NCBI GenBank assembly: GCA_032128115.1
Contig: JAQBHB010000002.1
Coordinates: 10,646-74,645, forward strand
Length of the DNA: 64,000 nucleotides
Direction of reading: 5' to 3'
Origin: Deltaproteobacteria bacterium
Lineage (GTDB): Bacteria; Myxococcota_A; UBA9160; SMWR01
Shown: positions 41,395 to 51,530 of the stretch, piece after piece
Layout: each line of letters starts with the position of its first letter
How positions within the stretch are numbered: position 1 is the first letter of the stretch
Made by a program: the position numbers and the translations under genes
Notes under the pieces: generated by a model
The model's database searches: none
Told to the model about the DNA's origin: nothing
What the model saw: the letters and a program-made list of their open reading frames with translations, nothing else

Positions 41395-42066
41395 ACGAGC
41401 ATCATCATCCTGTACGGCCCCGCATCCGCTCCGTTCACGGAGAAGGTTCGCCGTGCGCTCCTGCTCAAAAAGCTGGAGTTCAAGATGCGCGAGCCCGAGG
41501 GGCCCGAAGACTACAAGCGTTGGAGTCCCAAGACGGGGCTGCTGCCGGTGCTCGAGATCGACGGCGTGCGTATCGCCGACTCCACCGACATCCTGTACGC
41601 GCTGGACGAGCGCTTTCCCGAGCCGCCGCTGCTGTCGTCCGACAGCAAGGTGGCCGAGCAGCAACGGCAGCTGGAGGACTGGGCCGACGAGTCGTTCCTC
41701 TGGTACTTCCTGGCGTTCTTTCGCGGCCCCGGGCGCGTCATCCCGGTGGAGGAGAGCGAGCGCAGGCGCACGCGTCGGATGCCCCGCTTCCTGCGCCGGA
41801 TGCTGGCGTGGCTGCGCTCGGGCGGCACCTGGGAGCGGCCGGAGACGGCCCTGGTGCGCGGCCTCGGCGACCGCCTCGACGATCTGGTGAACTTCCTGGG
41901 CGCCCGGCCCTTCTTCCACTCGGACCGGGTGAGCATGGCCGACCTGGCCGTCTACGGAATGCTCCACTCCATGCGCCGCGACTCGATCCCGGGCTCGGCC
42001 GGCATGCTGACCGGACGCCCCGCCCTCGTGGAATTCATGCACCGCCTGGAAGCCGAAACCGGCTAG
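41395..42066 (+). CDS. glutathione S-transferase family protein (start codon appears to be ACG)
   Basis: The in-frame N-terminal LYGPASAPFTEKVRRAL lies upstream of the first ATG (41485); LPVL..DG..IADSTDI and ADLAVYG motifs; GGAGG 5 nt before ACG. Confidence 0.75.
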   Translation, partial: TSIIILYGPASAPFTEKVRRALLLKKLEFKMREPEGPEDYKRWSPKTGLLPVLEIDGVRIADSTDILYALDERFPEPPLLSSDSKVAEQQRQLEDWADESFLWYFLAFFRGPGRVIPVEESERRRTRRMPRFLRRMLAWLRSGGTWERPETALVRGLGDRLDDLVNFLGARPFFHSDRVSMADLAVYGMLHSMRRDSIPGSAGMLTGRPALVEFMHRLEAETG

Positions 42067-42401
42067 GCGAGGGCTTCCGTCTTGGCGGCGAACACGAAGT
42101 CGCTCTCGGTGAGACCGTTGATGGTGTGAGTCCAGATCACCACCTTCACGCGGCCCCAGGCCAGGTGGATGTCCGGGTGGTGCGATTGTTCTTCGGCCAG
42201 CCCCCCCACCCGATTGGTGAAGCTGAGCGCCTCGCGAAAGTCCGCGAAGCGGTACTCCTTTTCCAGATGATGGGATTCGATGACGGACCAGCCTGCGCCG
42301 AGCTGCTCACGCAGTGCGGCCAGGGCGTCGCCCGCCAACGGGGGCACGTTCCGCCTGCAAGGCACGCATTTCCCGGCTGCGAGTTCGTCACGGCCGCCCA
42401 T
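42063..42401 (-). CDS. phhB: pterin-4-alpha-carbinolamine dehydratase
   Basis: CVPC, AEEQSHHPDI and WTHTINGLTESDF..AAK motifs. Confidence 0.92.
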   Translation of the reverse strand: MGGRDELAAGKCVPCRRNVPPLAGDALAALREQLGAGWSVIESHHLEKEYRFADFREALSFTNRVGGLAEEQSHHPDIHLAWGRVKVVIWTHTINGLTESDFVFAAKTEALA

Positions 42402-42434
42402 CGCGCCAGCATACCGGGTTATGATTCGCGCGTC

Positions 42435-43085
42435 GTGACCCGATCCCAAAAGGCCCGGAAGATCCAGGAGATCCTGGACGCGCTGTACCCGGAGACGGAG
42501 ATTCCGCTGCGCCACCGCGACCCGTACACGCTGCTGGTGGCGGTGCTGCTCTCGGCCCAGTGCACCGACAAGCGCGTGAACGAGATCACGCCCCAGCTGT
42601 TCTCGCTGGCCTCGAAGCCCGAGCAGATGGCGCGGCTCTCGGTGCAAGAGATCCAGCGCATCATCCGCCCCTGCGGGTTGGCTCCGGCGAAGGCGCGCGC
42701 CATCAAGTCGCTCTCGCAGATCCTGTTGGACGAGCACCAGGGCAAGGTGCCCGATTCGTTCGAGGCTCTGGAGGCGCTGCCGGGCGTGGGCCACAAGACA
42801 GCCAGCGTCGTGATGTCCCAGGCGTTCGGAAGGCCCGCCTTCCCCGTGGACACCCACATCCACCGACTCGCCGCACGCTGGGGCCTCTCCAACGGGCGCA
42901 CCGTCGAGCAGACCGAGCGCGACCTGAAAAAGCTCTTCGATCCCGAGGAGTGGGGCCGCGTGCACCTGCAGCTGATCTACTTCGGCCGCGAATACTGCCC
43001 GGCTCGCGGCCACGACCTGTCGGAATGCCCCGTCTGCGGCTGGGCTGCTTCGAAGGCCCGCATCTCGCGGGAAGCGAATCGGTAG
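42435..43085 (+). CDS. nth: endonuclease III
   Basis: LLSAQCTD, LPGVGHKTA, PVDTHIHR and C-terminal Fe-S Cys cluster. Confidence 0.94.
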   Translation: MTRSQKARKIQEILDALYPETEIPLRHRDPYTLLVAVLLSAQCTDKRVNEITPQLFSLASKPEQMARLSVQEIQRIIRPCGLAPAKARAIKSLSQILLDEHQGKVPDSFEALEALPGVGHKTASVVMSQAFGRPAFPVDTHIHRLAARWGLSNGRTVEQTERDLKKLFDPEEWGRVHLQLIYFGREYCPARGHDLSECPVCGWAASKARISREANR

Positions 43086-43097
43086 TTTTCTGGACTG

Positions 43098-45668
43098 TCA
43101 GGTTCCGATTCGCCGCAGAACGATCAGCGGACCCACGGGATTCTTCTCCCATGTGAGGTCGATCTCCGTGTGGAGCGCCCAGAGGTCGTCGCCCTTCGGG
43201 TCGGCCAACACCTGGGTAACGTCCCAGGTGCGGGGAGATGTGCGCACCAGGCGCGTGCGGTCGTTCCGGCGCGCGTCGGGAGTGAAGACGATGTGCTCAT
43301 ACTCCTCGAAGAAGCGCGCGAGCTCTCCCTGGAAGCGACTGGCGTCCCACCCGTCGTCCGGATCCTGGCGCACACCCGCGGCGGCCGCTTCGTAATCGCC
43401 GGCGGCCAGCGCCCTCACCAGGGCGTGCAGCTCGGATCGCACGCGCGCCACCAGCAGGCGCTCCTGGCGTGCCAGATCGAGAACCGGCGGCGCCATCGGT
43501 GCGGCGTCTCGCACCGGGCGGCCCTGGGGTTCGAGCAGGCTCTCCCAGGTCTCCACCAGACTCGAGTCGACCGCCGCCAGCAACGTGCGCAGGAAGGCGA
43601 TCACCTCGATCACCGACTCGCGGCGCGCCCACTCGGGCACGCTCTTCACCAGGACGTTGTGCACCTGGCTCAGATACCGCAGCAGAAGCCCCTCACTGCG
43701 CGCCACGCCGTACTCGCGAATGAAGTCGTTGAAGCCGAGGCAGGCCTCGAACATCTCACGAGCCACGCTCTTGGGGTGGATGGCCTCCTCGCGCAGCCAC
43801 GGGTGGGCCTCGGCGAATATCGCCCAGGTGGCGTGCAGGAACTCGGCTTCGGGTTGCGGGTGGGAGACGCGATCGAGCTGCGTGATGCGCTCTTCGTAGG
43901 GCACGCCCTCGGCCTTGAGACGCGCGAGCAGCGCGCGTTTCGCCTTGTTCACCTGGGCCCACAGAAGGGGCCGCGGATCGTCGACGATGGCCTCCACCAG
44001 CGAGAGGACCTGCAGGGCGTAGTCGGACGCGTCGGGATCGAGGGCAGCCACGGCCTCCACCAGGTAGAGCGACAGGGTGTGGTGGAGCGAGAAATCGACC
44101 TGCAGGTCCTCGTCCACCCAGACCCGGCCCGGCGAGCCGTCGAAACCAGCCGCGAGCTTGACGACGCCGGCGCGGCGCAGGGAGCGGAAGAGCGCCGCCG
44201 CGCGGCGGCGCAGAACCTTCTTCGACGCCGGGCTTCCGTGGCTGAGATCGATCAGCTCTGCCAACGCGCCGTAGCCACCGCGGCGCTCCTCGCCCACACC
44301 TTCGCGCTGGAGAATCGCCACCAGCATGCCGTGGCCCACGTCGAACACGGGCCGCAGCATTTCGGGAGGCGTCTCGATCAGGCGCTCGAAGGTGTCCCCG
44401 TTCCAGGCCACGAAGTTCCGCGGGGCGGGCACCTTTCTGGGGTTCTTGCGCTTCGAGCCCGCGGCCGACGCCCGCGCCGACGCGCGCTTGTTCTCGATGA
44501 TGTGCTCGGGCGCCTGACACACCACGCTGCCGTGTTCGTCGAAGCCCTTGCGCCCCGCCCGGCCCGCGATCTGCTTGAACTCGCGCACGCCCAGGATCGA
44601 CACCTTCTCGCCGTCGAACTTGCTGAGCCTCGTGAAAACCACGGTGCGGATGGGGATGTTGACGCCAACACCGAGCGTGTCGGTTCCACAGATCACCTTC
44701 AGCAGCCCCTGCTGGGCCAGCTGTTCCACCAGCAGGCGATACCGGGGCAGCAGGCCCGCGTGATGCACGCCGATGCCCGCGCGCACGAAGCGCTGGAACT
44801 CCTTGCCGTATGCCGAGTCGAAGCGAACACCTTCGAGTGTCCTGGCAAGAGTCTGCCTCTCCTCGCGACTCGTGACCTTCGTGCTGGTGAGCCCCTGGGC
44901 GCGTTCGGCGCACTCGCGCTGGGTGAAGCCCACCACGTAGACGGGAATCCGGCCGGATTCGATCAGGGATTCGATGGTGTCGTGCAGCGGCGTCTCGCGG
45001 TACTCGAAGTCGAGCGGCACCGGGCGCTCGTCAGAGAAGACCGAAGCCACGTCGCGGCCGCTGCGCTCGCGCAAGCGCGACTCGATCACGGCCGTGTTGC
45101 CAAGGGTGGCCGACATGAGCAGGAAGCGGGTGTGCGGGAGCGCCAGCAGCGGGATCTGCCAGGCCGACCCCCGGCCGGGGTCGCCGTAGAAGTGGAATTC
45201 ATCCATCACCACGTACGGAACCGCCAGGTGCTCGCCCCAGTGCATGCACATCTGCGAGAGCACCTCCGTGGTGCAGCACACGACGGGCGCGTCCGGGTTG
45301 ATGCTGGCATCGCCGGTGAGCATGCCCACGTGGGTCGCACCCAGGTCCTCGCACAGGGCGAAGAACTTCTCGCTCACGAGCGCCTTGGTGGGAGCCGTGT
45401 AGAACGAGCGCCGATCTTCGCAGAGCGCCTTGAAGTGGAGGCCCAGGGCCACCAGCGACTTGCCCGAGCCCGTGGGCGTGTTCAACACCACGTGGCGATC
45501 GGCCATCAGCTCGAGAAGCGCTTCTTCCTGGTGGGCAAAAGGTTCGAGCCCCGTGTCCGCCACCCACTCGAGGAAGGCCCCGAGGATCTCGACGGGATCC
45601 CGGGCGCCGCCGCTCGGGATCCGCGCGGCCAGGGAGGGGCGCTCCGGAGTGTCGTCTGCTTCCGCCAT
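43098..45668 (-). CDS. Ski2-like DEAD/DEAH helicase (DUF3516-type)
   Basis: PTGSGKS, MDEFH, MSAT, TDTLGVG and QIAGRAGR motifs. Confidence 0.92.
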   Translation of the reverse strand: MAEADDTPERPSLAARIPSGGARDPVEILGAFLEWVADTGLEPFAHQEEALLELMADRHVVLNTPTGSGKSLVALGLHFKALCEDRRSFYTAPTKALVSEKFFALCEDLGATHVGMLTGDASINPDAPVVCCTTEVLSQMCMHWGEHLAVPYVVMDEFHFYGDPGRGSAWQIPLLALPHTRFLLMSATLGNTAVIESRLRERSGRDVASVFSDERPVPLDFEYRETPLHDTIESLIESGRIPVYVVGFTQRECAERAQGLTSTKVTSREERQTLARTLEGVRFDSAYGKEFQRFVRAGIGVHHAGLLPRYRLLVEQLAQQGLLKVICGTDTLGVGVNIPIRTVVFTRLSKFDGEKVSILGVREFKQIAGRAGRKGFDEHGSVVCQAPEHIIENKRASARASAAGSKRKNPRKVPAPRNFVAWNGDTFERLIETPPEMLRPVFDVGHGMLVAILQREGVGEERRGGYGALAELIDLSHGSPASKKVLRRRAAALFRSLRRAGVVKLAAGFDGSPGRVWVDEDLQVDFSLHHTLSLYLVEAVAALDPDASDYALQVLSLVEAIVDDPRPLLWAQVNKAKRALLARLKAEGVPYEERITQLDRVSHPQPEAEFLHATWAIFAEAHPWLREEAIHPKSVAREMFEACLGFNDFIREYGVARSEGLLLRYLSQVHNVLVKSVPEWARRESVIEVIAFLRTLLAAVDSSLVETWESLLEPQGRPVRDAAPMAPPVLDLARQERLLVARVRSELHALVRALAAGDYEAAAAGVRQDPDDGWDASRFQGELARFFEEYEHIVFTPDARRNDRTRLVRTSPRTWDVTQVLADPKGDDLWALHTEIDLTWEKNPVGPLIVLRRIGT

Positions 45669-45719
45669 GGGTTCGACGACCGACGATACCGCCACCCCGG
45701 CCTGCCGCCGAGTTCGGCC

Positions 45720-46028
45720 TCAGGAGCCGCGGGCGTGCTCCTCGTTGCGGATGCGGAAATCGTGCGCCGCGAAGGCGAGCGCGAGCACCATCGCCCCCGC
45801 GAGCCCGGCTTCTACCCAGCGGCTGGCACCACCGCTTCCGACGATCGCGAGCTCCAGGACCCTGGTGATGAGGATCATCCCCTCCCCTCCTGCGACGACC
45901 AGGGTCAGGTCGCGGGCCCAGCGCGGAGGCGGCTGATCGGCAGTCTGGCGACGCCGTGCGATCGATACGGCGACCACCACCCCGGCCAGACCCAGCACGA
46001 CGAACGTGATCATGGAGAAACTAGACAT
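45720..46028 (-). CDS. small 3-TM membrane protein overlapping the RHS gene stop
   Basis: ATG overlaps the RHS stop region; three hydrophobic segments. Confidence 0.55.
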   Translation of the reverse strand: MSSFSMITFVVLGLAGVVVAVSIARRRQTADQPPPRWARDLTLVVAGGEGMILITRVLELAIVGSGGASRWVEAGLAGAMVLALAFAAHDFRIRNEEHARGS

Positions 46029-49000
46029 GAAAGCCTCCGAGGCGTCCGCGCATGCGGCGACTGCAGAGCAGCACCAGGAGGGCCAGCATGATCTCGGGTC
46101 CTCCCAGGCCGCAGTAGCTGCCCGAGAATCCGAGTGGACCCCCTCCACCCGAGCCGGGCCCGATGTCGGGGCTCGATCCCGATTCCGATCCCAATCCCTC
46201 GCCCTGCTCCGCAAGATCGGCCTCGACGGCCCTCCTCAGGTTGTCGACCGCCAGGACCCAGGCCCCGACTGCGGCCAGCAACACGGGAGTGCCCACCACG
46301 GGAGGGGCAAACCAGGCAGCCGCCATGGCGCCAGTGAGGGCCACCGAGGCGACACCCAGCTCGATCGCGGCCCTTTCCACGGCGGCGCCCGTGTTGGGCT
46401 GGGATTGCGCGCCTTCCGGATCCCAGAACCAGATGGGGTTGCCAAGGGTATAGGCATAGGTGTTTACCCAGTTGAAACGGGCATCGGGGGACAGGAAGCG
46501 ACCGACGGCGGGATCGTAGACGCGCTCGCCGAGCAGCATGACGTCGCCGATCTCGGCGCCGCCGGCGAAGCTCACGCGCTCGGCCTCGCCGCCCACGAGT
46601 TCGGCATCGACACCGTACGGGTGGTAGCGGAAATGCTGCACGACCCGGCCCTCGGCATCAGTGACGAAGCTCACGTTGCGGCGGAAGTCGAAGTGGCGGT
46701 AGCGGGGGTCGTCGGCGCCCAGCCGGATCGAAACCGCGCCCAGGTCCAGCACACCGGCGTCGGTGACCCGGCCGCCGAAGAGCGTCCACGACTGGACGAC
46801 GCCCGCGGCCGACCACGAGACCGGCCGTCCCAGCAGATCCCATCCGAACCCGTCGTCGCCGATGGAGGCGATCCTTCCGTCGGCCGTCCACGTGATTGGC
46901 AGGCCATTGCGCGAGGTGACGAACCCGGCCTCGTCATAACCGTAGCTGTAGACGGTGTCGGGACCTTCACAATGGGACAGCACCGCCCGGAGCAGGCGGC
47001 TTCCCTCGCTGTCGTAGTCGAACTCCCGGCGGTTCCCGCAGCCGTCGGCATCGGCGTCGACCTGGTTGCCGCGTTCGTCGTAGGCGTAGACACGGTCGGG
47101 GTCGACACCGTTGGCGTAGGAGAACACGCGGGGGGCCGCCGTACCCACGGGACCCAACCGGTAGACTTCATCCGCCACGCGAGTGGCGGCCCCATGAGTC
47201 GTGGTGGAACTCGTGATCTCCCAGTACGGGCTGCCCGACACCGGAACCACTCCCTGCCTCGCCAAGGTCGACTCGGCGATCCGGTTTCCCCACGCATCCA
47301 GCGTCTCGCTGGCCAGCAGATCGCCGGATTCCACCTCGTATTCGAAGGCGCGAACCAGACCGTTCCCGTAGCGGATCTCGCGCAGCTGCCCCGCTGCGAA
47401 CTCGCGCTCCAGGAGCAGGTTGCCCTGGTGCGTGACCCGGATCTCCCGGTCGGCGAGATCGTAGCCGCGGGCCACGTCTTCGTCGGGCCGTCCGGGTATC
47501 CGCCAGGTCTCGAGCACCACGCGCGAGCGCAGGTCGTATTCCACGTCGAGCACCTCGCCAGACGGATACGTGGTGCGCGCGCGCCGACCCGCGAGATCGT
47601 ATTCGTAGACTTCGCTGCCGCCGCGCACCGAGTCGTAGTACTCGCGCAGCTCGCCCCCGACCCAGGTGAAGTGGGCCTCCCCCTCCACGACGCCGTGACG
47701 CAGGATGCGCCTCGCCACCACGCGGTCCGCCGCGTCATGGTCCATCTCGATCCGCATGCCATTGGCGCGCTCCATGGCGGTGGGATTGCCCGAGAGATCG
47801 TACTCGAAGTGCGTGTCGCGCCAGACGCCATCGACGATCTCGCTCAGGCGCTCGAGACGCCCCAGGGCGTCATGCTGCATCTCGTGGTGGGCGCCGCCCG
47901 GGCGCGTCACACGCAACACCTTGCCGTCACCGCCTCTGACGATGTCCACCGAGCCCGTCGCCGAGATCTCGCCCTCCACGTCTGTGGCGAACAGCCCGAT
48001 CGAGGCCAGGTTTCCGTCGCCGTCGTGGCCTCGGATTCCAATACCGCCCTCGACGAGCACGAGAGAATCCCCGAAGCCGCTGGTCTGGTTGCCGGCGGCG
48101 TCGAATCCCCGATCCTGGGTGACGTCGGCGCGCATGATTTCGGTGGGTCGGCCGTTCGCCCCGCGTCCATCGAAGCGGATGCGCACCCCGCTGGGAAGCG
48201 TCACGTCCCTCACTTCGCCGTGGTCGTAGGGCGGGAGGCACGCCTCCCCGCCCTGGCAGTAGCCCGCCAGGTAGCTGAGGGTGATCTGCTCGCCTTCGCC
48301 GTTGCGGGTCCGGAACAGACGTCCGAGTGGTTGGTAGCCGTGCTCGGACACCAATCCCAGCGAATCGGAGATCTGGCTGCGCGGCGTGGCGAAGGCGTCG
48401 AAGGGATTGAGCCCGTGGCGAGCGTAACTCATGTGCACGACGTTGCCGGACGGGAGGATCTCGGTCTCGATCTCGTCCTGTTCCCAGGTCCAGCGCGTCA
48501 CCGCCCCGTTCGGGTCCACGCGGAGCACCGGGTTGCGCCCTTGCCAGGTGTGGGCCACCACGTCCCCGGTCTCCGCGTTCTCCGACCGCACCAGACGTCG
48601 CTCCCGGTCATAGCGCAGATGAATCCGATGACCGCGCGGCGAGAGCACGATCGTCCGGTAGGTCCCGTCGGAGGCCTCCCCGGTGTAGGCAAACGAGTGG
48701 GTCGGGCTGCCTGTCGCCGCATCACCGACTTGCACCACGCGGGAGATGCGCTTCGAGGCGACCTGATAGGCGTACTCGACGCGCTGGCCTTCGCAGCCGA
48801 TCTGGGCCACCAGCAGGCCTCCGTCGTATTCGTACCGGGTGCCGTCGAGACCCGCTTCGATCTCGGCGGGGCTCCGGGCGCGCAGCAATCGGCCGACCGC
48901 ATCGAATTCGAAGCGGGCAGTGCGCGCGGAGGAGGCGGATTCGATGGACGACACCCCGTGGGTGTCGTACACGACGTGGAAGAGGTCGTCGCAGACCTCG

Positions 49001-49581
49001 ACCCCCTTGTGAGCATCGCACTGACGGATGAGTGTGGTGCGGGAATCACCCACGAACTCGAGGCGCGGCCACGGTTCGGTCACGCGGCGCAGGACGCGAA
49101 GGCGCCCAGCGGCGTCGAACTCGTGGAGGATTCCGCCCTTCGACTTCAATCGGGTGGCGTCGATCACGACCCAGACCGTGCCGGGGATGACGGCGCCCTC
49201 GGGCACGCCCGTCAGGTCGTGGCTTGCGCCCGTGGCGGCCACGAAGGTCGCTCCGTCGTAGCTCACATCGAACGACCAGAGCCAGCTTCCGGTAGCCGAA
49301 TTGTAGGCCGCGCCAACGGCAAACTCGCCAAGCAGGGTGGCCTGGCGGATCCCTTCCCTCGCGACATAGAGATTGCCACCGGCCGCATTCACGAGGCCGC
49401 CAGGCACCGGAACCGCCGCGAAACGCTGGTAGTACGGAATGCCGGCCGAGGGCGCGAGCGGTGGATTCTCCGTGGGACATCCGAGCGACGCCACGACCAG
49501 CACGAGCCAGGGGACGAGCGCAGCCCTTGCGATCCGGACGCCGGCCCGAGGCGTGCGAGCGATTCGGGTTGCGTGTCTCAT
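46021..49581 (-). CDS. RHS/YD-repeat lipoprotein with RHS core and hydrophobic C-terminal extension
   Basis: Lipobox ASLGC; many YD/xxGR repeats; RVYDPAVGRFLSPD...GNPIWFWDPEG. Confidence 0.88.
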   Translation of the reverse strand: MRHATRIARTPRAGVRIARAALVPWLVLVVASLGCPTENPPLAPSAGIPYYQRFAAVPVPGGLVNAAGGNLYVAREGIRQATLLGEFAVGAAYNSATGSWLWSFDVSYDGATFVAATGASHDLTGVPEGAVIPGTVWVVIDATRLKSKGGILHEFDAAGRLRVLRRVTEPWPRLEFVGDSRTTLIRQCDAHKGVEVCDDLFHVVYDTHGVSSIESASSARTARFEFDAVGRLLRARSPAEIEAGLDGTRYEYDGGLLVAQIGCEGQRVEYAYQVASKRISRVVQVGDAATGSPTHSFAYTGEASDGTYRTIVLSPRGHRIHLRYDRERRLVRSENAETGDVVAHTWQGRNPVLRVDPNGAVTRWTWEQDEIETEILPSGNVVHMSYARHGLNPFDAFATPRSQISDSLGLVSEHGYQPLGRLFRTRNGEGEQITLSYLAGYCQGGEACLPPYDHGEVRDVTLPSGVRIRFDGRGANGRPTEIMRADVTQDRGFDAAGNQTSGFGDSLVLVEGGIGIRGHDGDGNLASIGLFATDVEGEISATGSVDIVRGGDGKVLRVTRPGGAHHEMQHDALGRLERLSEIVDGVWRDTHFEYDLSGNPTAMERANGMRIEMDHDAADRVVARRILRHGVVEGEAHFTWVGGELREYYDSVRGGSEVYEYDLAGRRARTTYPSGEVLDVEYDLRSRVVLETWRIPGRPDEDVARGYDLADREIRVTHQGNLLLEREFAAGQLREIRYGNGLVRAFEYEVESGDLLASETLDAWGNRIAESTLARQGVVPVSGSPYWEITSSTTTHGAATRVADEVYRLGPVGTAAPRVFSYANGVDPDRVYAYDERGNQVDADADGCGNRREFDYDSEGSRLLRAVLSHCEGPDTVYSYGYDEAGFVTSRNGLPITWTADGRIASIGDDGFGWDLLGRPVSWSAAGVVQSWTLFGGRVTDAGVLDLGAVSIRLGADDPRYRHFDFRRNVSFVTDAEGRVVQHFRYHPYGVDAELVGGEAERVSFAGGAEIGDVMLLGERVYDPAVGRFLSPDARFNWVNTYAYTLGNPIWFWDPEGAQSQPNTGAAVERAAIELGVASVALTGAMAAAWFAPPVVGTPVLLAAVGAWVLAVDNLRRAVEADLAEQGEGLGSESGSSPDIGPGSGGGGPLGFSGSYCGLGGPEIMLALLVLLCSRRMRGRLGGFHV

Positions 49582-49929
49582 CTGCGTGTCCTCCGGGGCA
49601 ACCGGAGTGATGCAGTCACCCCGGGCAGAGCACAGGAGCAATGTCCGTGCCAGCTGCCGGAGAGCGGAAAGACACGAAATCGGGTGGGAGTTCGATACGC
49701 GGATCAGACGCTCACGCCGCGCCGGCGGCCGCTCTGGGCGCGGGAGAGCGTTCAGCGCCGAAACGACTGCGTCCGCCGCCGGCCGGGAGTGTTCGGCTTC
49801 CGGGTTCCCGGGACGCAGCGCAGATCACGACGTGCGGGACGACGACAGCGTTCCCGGCGTCGTCGGGTTCTCGCAGCGGCCATCGACTCGAGTTCACGCG
49901 ACCCGGATTCGCGGTAAGCTGCCGCGCCC

Positions 49930-50646
49930 ATGGAATTCGAGAGCTGGCAGCAGTTCTACCAGAGCGATCTGCAGGGGTTCACCTCGCTGATCGTCGTGCC
50001 GGCTTTCTTCCTGGTCTATCTCCTGGCCGGGCGCGGCCCGCGCGAACGGGCGGGCGGATCGGACGAGGCGCGTTTCGTCCGGACCTATGCCCTGGTGTTC
50101 TGCGCGGAGACGATCCTCGACCCCCTGTTCACGGGTCCGCTGACGAAGGCCCTCGAGCTCGGGGACACAGCCGCCTCGGCGGTCATGATCCCCTTCGTCC
50201 TGCTCGGCGACTTTCGCGTGCTGCTGCCCGTGTTCTTTCTCGCCCGCGTGGGCGCGGGACACGGGCAACGCGTCGGACGCGCAGCCGGTCTGACGCTTCT
50301 GGTGCCGGCCTTCGCCGTCAGCGTCGATGCGGCGATCGGCTGGCTCCGCCCGGATCTCGAAGCGCAGTTCCTGTGGATCGCCTACGAGCTGGCCTTCCTG
50401 GTCCTGGCCCTCGCATTGCGCCACCGCTTCGTCCCGCGCTGGACTGCCGATCGGCCCGATCTCGGACGTCGCCTGCGCGCACTGCTCGCGTACGCGGCGA
50501 CCTACTACGCCCTCTGGGCCGCGTCGGATCTGCTGATCTTCCACGCCGGCGTCGACGCCGGCTGGCTCTTGCGAGCGCTCCCCAACCAGCTCTACTACGC
50601 CTTCTGGGTTCCCTTTGCGTACTGGACGCTCTCGCGCGAGCTCTAG
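49930..50646 (+). CDS. hypothetical polytopic membrane protein
   Basis: About 7 TM segments; GC-type codon usage. Confidence 0.7.
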   Translation: MEFESWQQFYQSDLQGFTSLIVVPAFFLVYLLAGRGPRERAGGSDEARFVRTYALVFCAETILDPLFTGPLTKALELGDTAASAVMIPFVLLGDFRVLLPVFFLARVGAGHGQRVGRAAGLTLLVPAFAVSVDAAIGWLRPDLEAQFLWIAYELAFLVLALALRHRFVPRWTADRPDLGRRLRALLAYAATYYALWAASDLLIFHAGVDAGWLLRALPNQLYYAFWVPFAYWTLSREL

Positions 50647-51512
50647 TGCGCGACGGGCCCGGGGCCCGGATCGCGCTTGCGGGTCTTCATCGCCTCGAAG
50701 TAGGCAACGATCGCGTCGAGCTGGCCATCCGTCAGGTGCCGGTGGGCCGGCATGGTCGTGTAGCGAAAGCTCTGGGGATCCCGGACGAAGGCCTTGATCT
50801 GATCCGCCGGACGGTACTCGACGATGCTGCGGGGCACGTTCAGGTCCGGGCCGATCTTTCCGCCCTCCCCGTTCACGGCGTGACAGGCCACGCATTCGCT
50901 GCGGAAGATCGCGAAGCCCGACCAGGCCGGGTCCTCCGAGGGCACGCCCCGGGGCAGCGTGTGCGGGTACTCCGAGTCGAATGCGGCGATCTCGATGCTG
51001 GCCAGCTGGAACGGCCAGGGGTAGCGGTTCGTGTCGTTCTGGCCCGGGCGCGACCAGATCATGTAGAAGGGGCCCGGATCCAGCTGCCGGCGATCGATGG
51101 GCTCCCAGCTGCCGTCGTCGCGTTCGGCGTCCGCGATCGCCAGGTATCCGCCCGCTTCCAGCAGCCGCGCCCCGGCCGCGGGCCTCGTGTAGCCGTCGAG
51201 AGCGCGCAGGAAGAAGTTCTGGTCGCCCATTTGCGTCACGGATTCACCGAAGCCCAGCACGAGTACGCTGCGCAGCGGGCAGGCCAGGAAGTCCTTGGGG
51301 CGGCCGTAGTAGGGATCGTCCACCTGGATGCGGGTGGGAGTGCAGGCCGACTCGATGGCGGCGCGATCCAATTCAGCAACCGTCTCGCCGTTGCGCTTGA
51401 ATCGCAGCACGCCATCCGACGCGTTCGCCGCAGCGGCCGTCGTACTCGCAGCGAGCCACACGGCGGCCAGGACCGGAACGAGAGCCGTTGCGCGCATGGG
51501 GAGCGCGAGCAT
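50643..51512 (-). CDS. periplasmic c-type cytochrome with N-terminal oxidoreductase-like domain
   Basis: Signal peptide; ALDGY...GPFYMIW...WPFQL; CVACH, GPDL and MP (Met ligand). Confidence 0.75.
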   Translation of the reverse strand: MLALPMRATALVPVLAAVWLAASTTAAAANASDGVLRFKRNGETVAELDRAAIESACTPTRIQVDDPYYGRPKDFLACPLRSVLVLGFGESVTQMGDQNFFLRALDGYTRPAAGARLLEAGGYLAIADAERDDGSWEPIDRRQLDPGPFYMIWSRPGQNDTNRYPWPFQLASIEIAAFDSEYPHTLPRGVPSEDPAWSGFAIFRSECVACHAVNGEGGKIGPDLNVPRSIVEYRPADQIKAFVRDPQSFRYTTMPAHRHLTDGQLDAIVAYFEAMKTRKRDPGPGPVAH

Positions 51513-51530
51513 ACCGCGTCGGATCGCGCG

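Noticed and set aside
43170..46091. 973-aa plus-strand ORF
   Set aside because: Antisense shadow of the helicase gene
46006..49917. 1303-aa plus-strand ORF
   Set aside because: Antisense shadow of the RHS gene in GC-rich DNA; no motifs
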